Positions 34,802-48,500 of a DNA stretch of 64,000 nucleotides are shown in pieces (within the stretch, counting starts at the first letter, position 1; each line of letters begins with the position of its first letter). Location of the stretch: NCBI RefSeq assembly GCF_018350175.1, contig NC_058386.1:126666001-126730000 (forward strand). The letters are read 5' to 3'. The notes under the pieces were generated by a model that saw only the letters and a list, made by a program, of their open reading frames with translations, did no database searches and had not been told where the DNA came from. The stretch comes from Felis catus. Lineage: Eukaryota. The position numbers were made by a program, and so were the translations under genes.

Positions 34802-37800
34802 AATGCCAGAAATGAAACAGTAAAAAACATAATGAATGTTTTAAGATCAACACGACTGTGGGTACAAGGAAGGTATTGACAGGGATGGAGACGGCCTTGG
34901 GAGGAGAAAGCCAGGCCTGAGGGGAGCCTTCTGTCTTGACTCAGATCTAAAGGCCACAGTTCAGCCTGTCCTTGCTCTAGGACATTGGCCTGCACAGGAT
35001 GACTCTGTGCCTCTGAGGCCAAGCTGTGTCCTGGGCCTTGGGGCTCCTCCCCCACTTCTGCACTGCACAACCCCTGATCTGGAGGAATTTCCTAAAGAAA
35101 TGAGATGGAAGAAAAACCAGGCAAAAAGGAACTGCAGAAAACAACGTGGGCTCAAATGTCTTGCTATCTCCTGGGAAGGTGTGCCCCGCACAGTGGACGC
35201 ACATGCCATGTGTGCTTGACTCGGAATGGTACCTGCAATCATTTCTACTAAAAACAAAACAAAACAAAACAAAACAAAACAAAACAAAACAACGCTGAAA
35301 CCTCAGACCCTGGTCAGAATCACAGCCCCATTACACACGGTTTATCCCAGCAGGAGAACAGGGTTTGGCCAGTAGCATTTTCATTCGTGGTGCTTTCTCA
35401 GGAGCACGTGCTGCTATCAGCTCAAAATTACCTGTACTTTGTGTCCCCGGGTCATGTGCTTTGGGGCAAGCATCCATTAGCAGTCTTATTGAAGCCGGAC
35501 ATAATCACACACATCCTGGAAAGGAGGGTGAGGTTGTCTTTTTTGTTAATGCCTCACTAATGGCTTCCAAACAAGTCACACCAGTCATGTGTGTTGCTTC
35601 GTGCAGTCAACACTTCCCTGGAAATACTTTGTAGAAAGAGGTTTTGTGTGTGTGGCCAATCGGATGACATTTCACTACGGACATAATTTCCACTGTATCT
35701 GTGATCTGTTCCAAGTCTGGTGTGGTTCTCGACACTTGCGCATACAATTTTGCTGCACCAGCCTCCTTTGTCGGGATCTAAAGACAGGTGGCCCCACACA
35801 CAAGGAAGTTACCATCTATGAGAACTGGCAGTCCAGCACCCTGGATTCTTGCCTGAGGCTCTGTGACTCTTTGCAAGTCACAGAGGGAAGAAGATGGCTC
35901 CTTACAGGCTCTGGCCTGTGTGTTGTGACACGGAGCTGGCCGCAGGGGGCGGGGGGGGGGGGGGAGGGGAGGGCTCGCATTTCTCCATCTGGGCTCACTG
36001 AGGATTCTTATGTCATTGAAAGCATTCCACCATTTCCCCCCACCTTACTCCAGGAAGAAAATGAGGTCACCAGATCCTGTTGCTTTGAACATCAGAATTA
36101 CTTCTACGGTCTGAAACGCCCAGACTGGCATTACTTACCTTTGGGGCATTTTGAGCCCTAAAACCCCACAGCAGAGCCTACAACTTCCCTGACGGAGCCT
36201 GACTGCCACAGACCGGCCTGCCCCTGAAGCCTTCCTTCCGTGAGACGCAATGCCAGTCAGAATGGCGGACCTGTATCTGCTTCATTCCCGCTTGTTCCCA
36301 TCTGTCTTCTGGCTACAGGCTCTCGGAAGAATCGGGAAGGGCCATTAAACACAACCCCACACCCGACTGAGACCTTCACCTGTCCCCCCTGAACACCAGT
36401 GCCCCATAAAGGAGGGAGTGACATGATGTCCTCACTACACAGTGGTGCCCTTTGCTCTCAGGACTTAGCCATCACTAAAGAAGAAGGGAGAAATTCGCCA
36501 GGAAATTTGAGAATGGAATTCATTGTTTAAAGTTTTTTCTGTTGCGTTTGTTTGTTTTCTGGTCACAACTATCACTCAAAAGCTGAGGGCTAGCATAGGA
36601 CAGCCAAAGACAATTTGTGCCTTCCCTGAGGTGGCAAACAATTCTTCTGCCGCCCCCAGCCGGTTTGCGGGAAACACCGTGCAAGGGACCACATGATCCA
36701 AGAATGGCTTTCACAGTGACGGTCAGGAGGTATTGCTCAGGGTAACCACTGATTATGTTAGGGCCTCCCATTGGAACACCACACAAAGAAAAGCCAGCTT
36801 GGCATGCATACTTGTCAAGTAGGAACGGCACCTGTTCAAAATCCTATGAAAGGGAGGGGGGATGATGACTCATCTCGTGTCTGCATGTGTTTTTCAAGTC
36901 CCCAAGGTTGGCCAAACTCCTAGATCTCATCAAAATCCTCAGAGGCAGTGGAAGATGGTGGAATGGGCCTGTGGGGGACCTCACCCCGGGCCTTGGCTCT
37001 GCGAGTGATCTCAGGCACACTGCTCCCTCCTCTGGCTGTCATTTGCTTCCAGGTGGGAGCAACGTTCTCTGCCAAGCCTCGCTTCGGAGGTTTTTGAGAA
37101 GGCATGAGACAACGCATGTGAAAACGTGTTGAGAGGCTGGCAGCAATGGAACACCCAGCCGCAGGCAGCTGTTCGGCCATGACACCCTTAGCGCCACTAG
37201 TGTCCTCTGACACGCTCACCACAGAGCCCAGGACTCACTGCCCCTCTCACTTGACCTGTCTTTCGCTAGGGACAGAAATGATTCGTCTGTTGGGGCCTTT
37301 GCAGTAAGGAATGCAAACTCTGCCACCACCTCTGGGTTTGATCTCCTCAACCATGTGTGCAGGGCCTGGGACAAGATGGTCTCCAGGAGCCTCTCCGCCA
37401 GGATGATTTATGATTCAATGGAAACACAGAAGAAAGGTCGGAATTTGCAAGCATTAGAGTCAAATGATTCTGTTTGGTAGCAATACTGGCTCGAATCTGT
37501 ACTCCAAATGCTCCATTGGAGAGATTCTTAAAAGCTCTGGGAAAAATATTGTCCCAAGTCTTGCTTTTCTTGTTCCTACCATGCCTGAATGGAGTTTTCT
37601 ACATGACAGTCCATGGCCGCCTCTTATGGGTATGGGAGCCGACTCTAAGCATCTGGGAGGCTCTGGGCTCATGTGGTAGGAGAGGGACACGGCCGAGACG
37701 GGTGGGGTGGGGGTGGGGCCAGGAGACCACTTCTTCCTTCTCCCCATTCGGTGTAGATGTTCTGGCCGAGTCCGCGGAAGTGACATACTCTCTCTGATTC

Positions 37801-37893
37801 CTGGCCTGCATGGACCATCACTGCAACCCTGGCAAAAGACGCCCAGAGCAAGCCGCGGGCTTCCTTGCCCCACACATGGCCCAAGCACGTATC

Positions 37894-38010
37894 TCACGCT
37901 TTCGATTGCCTCTCATCCGTCCACTCCTGCTTCGTGCTCTGGAGGGCTTGTGTCTTCTGTTCATCCACTTGGACATAGTCCACTCTTTGCTCTTCTGAAA
38001 GGAAGAGTTT
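37894..38010 (-). CDS. GAB3: GAB3 last coding exon
   Basis: tttcag|KLFLSEEQRVDYVQVDEQKTQALQSTKQEWTDERQSKA*, containing the YVQV SHP2-binding motif. Confidence 0.96.
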   Translation of the reverse strand, partial: KLFLSEEQRVDYVQVDEQKTQALQSTKQEWTDERQSKA

Positions 38011-38967
38011 CTGAAAGGGAAGAACCAAACAGATTTTTATTACATCAAATTCAAAAAATTCAGGAAAATGCCAGCCCTTTGGTGGTAGATTGCGGGGTTA
38101 AATATCAGCTGCTCCTTCCTCCCAAGTCATTCCCTGCAGAATCTTTACACTTTGGGTACATGCTCGAATATCGCTCTTCCTGCACTCCCTCCTACTTCAC
38201 CCCAGCTATCAGACTCGCTTTGACCAGCGTCCTACGAGTGGAAGTGACGCGTGCCAATCCCGAAGGGACAAGAGGCAGCCTGTGATTCTGCCAGGAGGCC
38301 AGTGAGCGTCAGTCAGAGGCTCTTTCTCCCAGTGGGGCCCCGGATGGAGGATGTCCCACGAGCACCAGCAGGAAAGGCCACTAAGACCTGGGGCTTGACT
38401 GTCTTGATCGCACGGCCTACCAAAACCGACCGAGGCACCCCCTTCTGACCAGTTTTTCTGGAATAGGAGTTCAGGTTTGGGGAATGAAATTCAAGGTAAA
38501 GGAGAAGCGGGAGTTCGTTTGGCAAAAGGGAAAGGAAGTCTTCCAAACTTTTTTTCCCTGCACACACACACAAAGTGGAATCACACTGGCTACGCGGTTC
38601 GGCAAGTTGCTTGTCTCCTCAAACAACATACGTTGTTAGGCACGGTTTAGATTACGACCGTCCTTTGCTCAAAAATATTTAGCTGTTTAGTACTTCCAAT
38701 CCCCATTTTACAGACGAGAATACTATCCAGAGGAGTGCCAACTGCCTATGCTGAGGGGCTCCGATTCCAACTGTCAGCTCTTGTCACCCCTCCCCAGAGT
38801 CTAACCAAACCGTGCTATTAACTCCCACCCTAAGCAGACCCCTCCTATGCCCACACACATCTGTACATTTAAGACTTTCCAAAGAGAACATGCATGGCTG
38901 AATCATCAGAAAAATCTAAACAGAAAAGGAATCCCCTGGGAATCCTCAGACACCAAGTCCTTCCTAC

Positions 38968-39081
38968 CTGCTGTATAGGGGCTGGTGACGCAGAATTGAA
39001 GTCCAGTGCTAAATAGTCCAGGCTGAATTTCTTTGTCCAGGTCAGAGCACCACTGCTTAGGGACTTGGCCGTCCTGCGATT
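38968..39081 (-). CDS. GAB3: GAB3 penultimate coding exon
   Basis: ttccag|NRRTAKSLSSGALTWTKKFSLDYLALDFNSASPAPIQQ|gtagga; 114 nt; contains the YLAL motif. Confidence 0.96.
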
Positions 39082-40289
39082 CTGGAAAGCAACATCATGG
39101 GACTCAGGTTAAGGGTATCCAGCCGGGCTGCCCAAGGAAAGCGGGGCGAGTCCTGTCCCCACTTGAGCACTTGCCATCAGACCACAAGGTGGTCTGAGGA
39201 CACCTGCATGGAGCCGCCTGCATGTCTGAGTGAGAGCTACCATTTGAAATACAACACGGCCAATTCAGCCTTCACATGAAGCTACACCTTTACTCACCAT
39301 GGAGGGGTTGCCCCAAATCTCCCCCAAGAAGAGTCTGTTTTAAGGATCTGACAAGCCCACAATACCTTAGAGACTAAATCCAGAAAAGATCAAGCACACT
39401 TATTCAAGTCTAGTCAAGGCATTTCAGATGCATCTGAAGACACTTTATACAGATGCAAACGGTGTGACGTGTGCGACACACACCCATGGACTCCCGGGCA
39501 TCAGAAGCACGCGCTCCCCTTCTCGAACCAACTTCGCTCCCCACGAGCCATCAGGCACGAGACTGAATTTTTACCATCTCTTCCTCTTTAAATATGGTTT
39601 CATGAGTGTGTCAGTATCCTTCAATCTCACACTGTACTTTTGCCTGTTTTGAACCTTTGTCAGTAGAAACATATCGCAGGTATGTTTGGTGACTTCAGGG
39701 TCTGCTCCAGACTACATACTTCACATCCAGGCATGCTCACCCGCCAGCTTTCCTTCCTTCCTTCTCATTGGATAGATCATTCCATCATTGCATGACTCAT
39801 TTAACCACCCCGCCTCCAACATACAGTGGAGTTGCTTCCAGTTTGGGGGCTCTTACAAGCAATGCTGCCACGAGCACTTGTGTAACTGTGGAAGAGTTTC
39901 TAGAATGTGTCCCTGGGAATAGAATTGCTGGCTTATAGGATGTGGGCATCTTCAACTTCACTATTGCCAAACTATTTTCCAAACAGGCTATTTTGTTATA
40001 CCAACTCACATACCTACTACTACTCCATCCTGGCCAATACTTGGTAATATCAGAGTCCTTTAAAAAAAAGATTTGATTTCCAAGTAACCTTTACACCCAA
40101 TGTGGGGCCTGAATTCACATCCCTGAGATCATGAGTTGCATGCCCCTTACCGAGTCAGCCGGGTGCCCCAATATCAGACGTTTTGTATTCCTGACCTGAC
40201 CTGATCTGGGGAAAATGGTATCTTACCATGGTTTGATTTCCAATGCCCTTGATAATTAATGAATTGGCCACCTTTTCTTTTCTTAAGAC

Positions 40290-40957
40290 TTTGTAAGATT
40301 ATTTTGAGAGATAGAGAGAGAGATTAAGGGAGAGGCAGAAAGAGAGAGGGAGAGAGAGGATCTCAAGCAGGCTCCATCCAAGCTGTCAGCATAGGGTCCA
40401 ACACGGGGCTCCAACCCATTAACCGTGAAATCATGACCTGAGCTGAAATCAAGAGTCAGATGCTAAACCGACTGAGCCCTCCAGGTGCCCTGGACACTTT
40501 TTCATGTGTTTAAGTGTCATCTATTTTCTTCTCTTCCATGAATTGTCTGTTCAGGTTTGTTTTGGTTTTGCTAATGTTTTCATTGATGTGCCTGCATTTT
40601 TCTAATTTTTCTCAATGCTTCCTCCTAGATCCTGGAGAGTAATCATTTGTAGGTCATGTGCATTACAAATAGCCTATCAGTCTATAGTTGTTCTTTCTTT
40701 CCTCTTACGGAATTTTTTTAAGGACGGGTAGTTCCTACTTTTTTTTTTTTTAACATTTTTAAATTTATTTTTGAGAGACAGAGACAGAGCGCGAGTTGGG
40801 GAGGGGCAGAGAGAGAGGGAGACACAGAATCCAAAGCAGGCTCCAGGCTCTGAGCTGTCAGCACAGAGCCCAACGAGGGGCTCAAACCCTCAGACTGCGA
40901 GATCATGACCTGAGCCGAAGTCGGACACTTAACCGACTGAGCCACCCAGGTGCCCCG
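40290..40957 (-). mobile_element. Two CanSINEs (40290-40490 and 40740-40957)
   Basis: Reverse consensus. Confidence 0.88.
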
Positions 40958-42299
40958 AGTAGTTTCCACTTTTAATGTAACACATCACTCTTTTCCCAAG
41001 TGGCTTCTTTTGTATTTTAAGGAACCCTTCCTGTGCTGAGGTCACAATGGGTTTCCCCATATTTTCTTCTAGAACTATAAAGTTTTGCCCTTCACACTTA
41101 AGAATCCAGCTCGAGGTGATTCTAACATGTGGTGGTGAAACAGGGGTACAACCCACTCCTTTTCTGTAGCTTTTACCCAGTTGGAGAGCTGTCCTTTCTC
41201 CCACCACAACTTCTGTTCACAGATCAAGTTCCTGCATGTGAATTGAGGTTGGGTTCTACCAAACACCTGTTCTGCATCTAATGAGTTAATCACAGCAGTT
41301 TCTCCTTTCATATGTTAATGTTCCTGATTGACCTAATAGATTCTTTTGATTTACAGTTGTAATAGCTCATCTCTCAGAAAATATTGAGGGCACTTGTGAT
41401 GAACAGTGGGTGGTGTATGGAAGTGTTGAATCCCTATATTGCACACCCAATACTAATAGAACACTCTATGTTAACTGAGTGGAATTAAAATTTAAAACTT
41501 TAAAAAAGAAGGCAATAATAGATTTTTAAAAAACATTTCCCCTTCTGGCATAGTTTGCTTCCTCCAATCCATTTTAGTCTCTGGCCTTCATGCTAGAGCC
41601 TTCCTGAAATGTCTGATGGAATCACTGATGGTCTGCTCATATTTAGGAGCGAAAGACCCAGAAGTTGACTGGAAGCTTTAAGTACATGGGTGGTGCTTGT
41701 CAACTGGGTTTCACTGCAGTGGGATCCTACTGGATGGTTTTCTTGGCGAACCCCTTATGTCAGGACCTAGGTCTTGCCTCGGGCTGCTCAAACAGCCCAG
41801 AGAACTGTCTCCCAATATCTAGGACTTAACTATGAAGGTCTGGTTGTCAATACTGTGGAACAGAGGGGCTGGGGAACAGGTTTAGGAATGATGGTCATAT
41901 CCACTATGCATATTTAGCTAATCACCTTGTTTTTAGTACAGTGGTCTTGGTCAAATGCGTCTAATGTCCCCGCAGTGCGGAGAAACCTTGTTTTACTCTC
42001 TCTAGAGACTACACGTCACCCTTCCTATAGAGATGGGAAGTCCTAATGGTCCACCTCCATGCAGTGAGGGAGGGGCATCTTGAGATTTACCTGCTGCTTA
42101 GGTGGACTTTGGACCACTACCCCTTCTTTTCCTTTCCCTTCAGCCTGACTTCCGGAAGTAGGTGCCACGGGCAACTCCTGAACCCTTTGGTATTCTGTGC
42201 CTTCCTTCTCCCAAATTAAAAAAAAGAAAAGAAGAAATGTAGTTCCATTTCAAATGTTGGATTCAATCATTTTGACCACGCATCCTGCAAAGAAGGGTA

Positions 42300-45200
42300 T
42301 TTCATTTTTTGTAGAATTTGAGGAGTTGTTTCTAAAATTTTCATGGGAATAGAAAGGGCCAAAAATAGCCAAAGAAAACTTGAGGAAGGTAAACAAAGCA
42401 GGAGGACTTCTTTTCCTAGATATGGAGACTTATGAAGCTATAGTAACTAGCATAGTGTGGTAATTTCCAAAGATAGACATGTAGACCAACGGAACAGAAG
42501 TGAGAGTCCATGAAAAGACCCACACACATATGGATACTTGATCTATGGCAAAGACAGCGCTGCAGAATAGTGGTAAATTATAGTAATTTTAAATATAATG
42601 GTGCCAGATCAATTAGAGAAACATACCAGGGGAAAATGAAACTTGACTCCTACCTCAAATCATACACGAAAGTTAATTCCAAGTTCATTGCAGACCGAAC
42701 TGTGAAAGGTAAAACATATAAACCATCTGGCAAATAACTAAAATTCATCCAAGATTATGTAGATCATATTAATGGTCCTACAACTATTAAAGAAATTGAA
42801 GCCACCCAGATGGTTTCACTAATGAATTTATCAAAAAACTTAAAGAATCAATAGCACTAATTCTACACAATCTGTTCCAGAAAACAGCATTACCTTGATA
42901 ACAAAACAAGACAAAGACACTATGAAAAACCTGCAAATCAATATCTATCATAAACATAGATACAAAATCCTCAACAAAACGTTAGCAAATCAAATCCAGC
43001 AACACATAAAAATAATAATACACCATGAGCAAATAGGATTTATTCTGTGAATACAGACTGATTCAATATTCGAAAATAGATCAGTGTAGTCCACAATATT
43101 TACAATCTAAAGAAGAAAACTAAATGATCACATCAATGAATGTAGAAAAGCATTTGAGAATATCAGCATCCATTCATGATAAAAAAAAAACAACTCTTAG
43201 AAAACTTAGAAAGTAGCTTCCTTAACCTAATAAAGACCATCGATAAAATACCCGCAGCTAAAATCAAACTCAATAGTGAGAGACTGAATGATTTCCTCCT
43301 GAAATGGAGACAAGGAGATTCATCTCACCACTCATATTCCACATTGTACTTGACATCGTAGGCTAGTGATCAAGCAAGTAAAACAATGAAAGAGCCTACA
43401 GATTGGAAAGGAAGGAATAAAGCACTGTATTTACAGATGAGATGATCATGTAAACAGAAAACTCCAGGGAATCTAAAGAAAGTTAAAACCTCCTATTTTT
43501 GATAAGTAAATTTAACAAGGTCACAGGACACAGGCCAACACATCAAAAACAACATTTGTGTATACCACCAGTGAACAATTGGAAGCTGAAATTACAAAAA
43601 TGCCATTTGCAATAGCTCCAAGAACTGAGATACTTAGGTAGAAATCTGATAAAACATGGTAAGATCTACATGTGAAAATTATAAAGTTTTGAGGAAAGAA
43701 AATTTAAAAATCTGAATAAATGGGCAGATATGCCATATTCATGAATTAGAAGACTGAGTATAATATAGGTGTCAATTCTGCTCAAATTTATTCATAGATT
43801 TAACACAATTCTAATCAAAATCACATAAGGATATTTTGTTAGGTAAAGAAAAGCTTATTCTAATATTTATATGGAAAGGCAAAGGGAGCAGAATAACACA
43901 AAACATTTTAAGGCTTTTTTATTATTTTTTTCTTATTTTGAGAGAGAGAGAGAGTGTGTGTGCACAAGTGCAAGCAGGGGAGAGGGGCAGAGGGAGAGAG
44001 AGAGAATATTAAGTAGGCTCCATGCTCAGTGCAGAGCCCACCTCGGGGCTCAATCCCACAATCCTGGGATCAAGACCTGAGCTGAAATCAACAGTCTCAC
44101 GCTCAACTGACTGAGTCACCCAGGCGCCCCACAAAAAAGATTTTTAAGCAAGAATGAGATTGGAGAAAATATGCTTCCCATTTTAAGAGTTACTGCAAGT
44201 CTTCTGTAATCAAGTCTGTGGTATAGACAAAATGATAGGCACGTAAATCAATGGAATAGAATATAAAGACTACAAAAATATGCCTGACCGAAGTTTTAAA
44301 AAAGTGCAAAGGCAATTCAATGAAGAAAAGATCATCCTGTCAACAAATGGTAGTGGAACATTTGGATATCTGTATGTAAAAAATCATCGTCAACACCATC
44401 TCATACCTCATACCTCAACATGGATCATAGACCATAATATAAAACCTAAAAACATAATACTTTTAGAAGAAAACATGAAAATCCTAATTACCTGGTAGGT
44501 TAGGCAATTATATTGTTCTTAGACATGATAACAATCCTTGAATGAAAAAAGTCAATAAATTAGGCTTAATCAACAGCCAGTAATGCCTCTCACACTGACC
44601 ATAGCAACATTTTTCTAGATATGTCTCCTGAGGCAAGGGAAATAAAAGAAAAAATAAACTATTGGGACTACATCCAAATAAAAAGCTTCTGCACAGCAAA
44701 GGAAACAAAACTAAAAGGCAACCTATGGAATAGGAGAAGGTATTTGCAAATGGCATATCCAATAAAGGGTTAGTATCCAAAATATATAAAGAACATATAN
44801 NNNNNNNNNNNNNNNNNNNNNNNNNNNNNNNNNNNNNNNNNNNNNNNNNNNNNNNNNNNNNNNNNNNNNNNNNNNNNNNNNNNNNNNNNNNNNNNNNNNN
44901 NNNNNNNNNNNNNNNNNNNNNNNNNNNNNNNNNNNNNNNNNNNNNNNNNNNNNNNNNNNNNNNNNNNNNNNNNNNNNNNNNNNNNNNNNNNNNNNNNNNN
45001 NNNNNNNNNNNNNNNNNNNNNNNNNNNNNNNNNNNNNNNNNNNNNNNNNNNNNNNNNNNNNNNNNNNNNNNNNNNNNNNNNNNNNNNNNNNNNNNNNNNN
45101 NNNNNNNNNNNNNNNNNNNNNNNNNNNNNNNNNNNNNNNNNNNNNNNNNNNGGCATTTACCCAAAGAATACAGAAACACTAGTTCAAAAAGATATATGCA

Positions 45201-45525
45201 CTCCTATCTTTATTGCAACATTGTTTACACTAGCAAAGATATGGACGCAACCCAAGTGTCCATTGATAGGTGAACGGATAAAGAAAATGTGGTATACACA
45301 TACAGTGGAATATTACTCAACCATCAAAATGAATGAAATCTTGCCATTTGTAATAACTTGGATGGAGCTAGAGAGTATTATGCTAAGCGAAGTCAGTCAG
45401 TCACAAGACAAATAGCATATTATTTCCCTCACATGTGGAATTTAAGAAACATAACAAATGAACAAAGGAAAAAAAGAAAGAGGCAAACCAAGAAACAAAC
45501 TCCTAACTATAGAGAAGAATCTGAT
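42300..45525 (+). mobile_element. L1 ORF2 and 3' fragments in a GAB3 intron (antisense to GAB3)
   Basis: caaaatcctcaacaaaacgttagcaaat, aaaagcttctgcacagcaaaggaaac and gaatgaaatcttgccatttg. Confidence 0.85.
43920..44130 (-). mobile_element. CanSINE
   Basis: Reverse consensus. Confidence 0.88.
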
Positions 45526-48500
45526 GGGAGGAGGAGCCAAGATGGTGGAACAGCATGGAAGTTTTTTGTGTGTCTCGCGTCCATGAAATACAGCCAGACC
45601 AACACTAAACCATCCTGCACACCTAGAAAACTGATCTGATTATTAACACAACAATCTGCACAACCTGAACCACAGAATTCAGCAGGTATACGGCACAGAG
45701 AGGTGAACTTGGGGAGAAGTGGTGGTAGGCAAGGAGGTGCTTTTGCGGGCGGAGAGAGGATGGAGACGGGGCGGGGGGGAATACAGGAAAAGCACCCCTC
45801 CTCAAAAGCAGCTGGAGAGAAAGTGGAAACTTGGAAATAACTGCAGGGACTAAATTAAAAAGGGAGAAAGGAGAGGGTTTAATTTCCATTAAGACTGCAA
45901 ACAAGGGGAGCACAAAGGCTGCAACTCCACAGCTCAATACCTGGCGGTGCCCTGGTGGGAAGGGCGCATCCCCAGGAACAGAGTGGGGTCTGGGAGGTTC
46001 TCGGGCCACACGGGGAAGAGCAGTTCCACTGTTGGAAGGACATTTGGTGGAGACTGTTGAAGCCACCTGGTCCCAGCAGACCCCAGAAAATGGCCACATT
46101 CGCTGGTGCTGGGGCAAGGTCGTTAAGGGCGAAGCCTGGTGCCAGATGTGTGTTGTGATTTTCCATAATCCCTGAAACGCTGCTGCTACACTATCTCACG
46201 AACTTTCTCTAGGGCGGGCTGACACCTGGCCCCAGTCTCAGGGCACTGGCAGCAGCAGGGTCCAGCGGGCGTTCCAGGGTGCAGATGACATTCAGCCACT
46301 GCTCATTCGGCCATTGCTCGGTGGGACCCTCCAGCAGAGGGGCCGAACGGGTCAAAGCCGCAGTCCTTTGAAAGTAAGGGGCCGGGGAAAACAGCCCCAT
46401 CTGAGACAAAACTCGGGAGAGAGGTACTGCCTGGGGCTTGGTCACGGAGAGTGAAAAAGCGGGGAGTGGACGAAAGCTGAAGACAGGACCGGTGCACGAT
46501 TGCTGATCCAGGAGAACAGAGCTCCGACACTAGAGACCGGGTAGCTGGGTGAAGCCATTTTCACCGCTCCCACGCATGCGCTTAAGCACCTACCAGCGCC
46601 GCAACACTCCACGCCAGTAGGCTAGCAGCACCATCTAGTGGATAGGGGAGCCATTACACTGAGCCCCACCCAACTGGGCCAACCTGGCTCTTCAAGAACA
46701 CAAGTCTCACCGCTTACTTAGTTTATGGACTGTAAAGTGCTACATAGTCTGACTTCTAGGGCAAAACAAAGTAATTTCAGTCCTATTTCAATCTGTTAGC
46801 AGGTCGATCTATTCAGTTTTCTTTCTTCCTTTTTCTTCACTTTTCTTTTTGAATACAGAAAGAAAAAAATTCATTTTTATTTACAATTTTTATTAAAAAT
46901 ATTTTTCTTCATTTTTTACTATATTTTTTACTTATATTTAATTTTTTTCAAATTCTATTTTACTTCCATCATTTTATTTTAGTCTATCTCAGTGTATTCA
47001 TTTTTTCAAATTCTCAATTTCCTTTTTTCTTTTTTTTTCGTTTCTTTTCTTGAATGCAGAAAGAGAAAAACTTCATTTTTACTTTCAATTTACATTAAAA
47101 ATATTTTTCTTAATTTTTTTACTATATTTTTTGCTTTTCTGTAAACTTTTTCAAATTCTATTTTACTTCTATCATTTATTTTAGTCTACTACAGTGTATT
47201 CAGTTTTTCAAATTTTCAAACGATTTCCTTTTTTTTCTTTTTCGTTTCTTTTCTTTTTCTTGAATACAGAAAGAGAAAAAATTCATTTTTACTTTTGATT
47301 TTTATTAAAAATATTTTTAATTTTTTTCTACTATATTCTTTACTTTTGTGTAAATTTTTTCAAATTCTATTTTATTCCCATCATCTCATTTTAGTCTACT
47401 TCAGTGTATTCATTTTTTCAAATTCTCAAACGATTTCCTTCCCCACCCATTTTTTCTCTAATCTGTCAAACCACTTTCAACCTCCAGACCAAAACACACC
47501 TAGGATCTAGCATCATTTATTCGATTTTTTGTGTGTGTTTAATTTTTTAATTTTAATATTTTTTAAATTTTTCTACCTCATTAATTCCTTTTCTCCCTTC
47601 AAAATGACAAAAGGAAGGAATTCACCCCAAAAGAAAGAGCATGAAGAAACGACAGCCAGGGATTTAACCAACACAGATACAAGCAAGATGTCTGAACCAG
47701 AATTTAGAATCAGGATGATAAGAATACTAGCTGGAGTCGAAAATAGATTAGAATCCCTTCCTGCAGAGATAAAAGAAGTAAAAAATAGAATGAAATTAAA
47801 AATGCTATAACTGAGCTGCAATCATGGATGGATGCAGTGGCGGCAAGGAGGGATGAGGCAGAACAGAGAATCAGCGATATAGAGGACAAACTTATAGAGA
47901 ATAAGGAGGCAGAAAAGAAGAGGGAGATTAAATCCAAAGAGCAGGATACAAGAATTAGTGAAATCAGTGACTCATTAAAAAGGAACAACATCAGAATCAT
48001 AGGGGTCCCATAAGAGGAAGAGAGAGAAATAGGGGTAGAAGGGTTACGTGAGAAAATCATAGCAGAAAACTTTCCTAACCTGGGGAAAGACACAGACATC
48101 AAAATCCAGGAAGCACAGAGGACCCCCATTAGATTTAACAAAAACTGACCATTAACAAGGCATATCATAGTCAAATTCACCAAATTCTCAGGCAAGGAGA
48201 GAATCATGAAAGCAGCAAAGGAAAAAAAGTCCCTAACCTACAAGGGAAGACAGATCAGGTTTGCAGCAGACCTATCCACAGAAACTTGGCAGGCCAGAAA
48301 GGAATGGTAGGATATATCCAATGTGCTGAATCAGAAAAATGTGCAGCCAAGAATTCTTTATCCAGCATGGCTGTCATTCAAAATAGAAGGAGACATAATA
48401 AATAAGTTTCCCAAACAAAAATTAAAGGAGTTTGTGACCACTAAACCAGCCCTGCAAGAAATTTTAAGGGGGACTCTNNNNNNNNNNNNNNNNNNNNNNN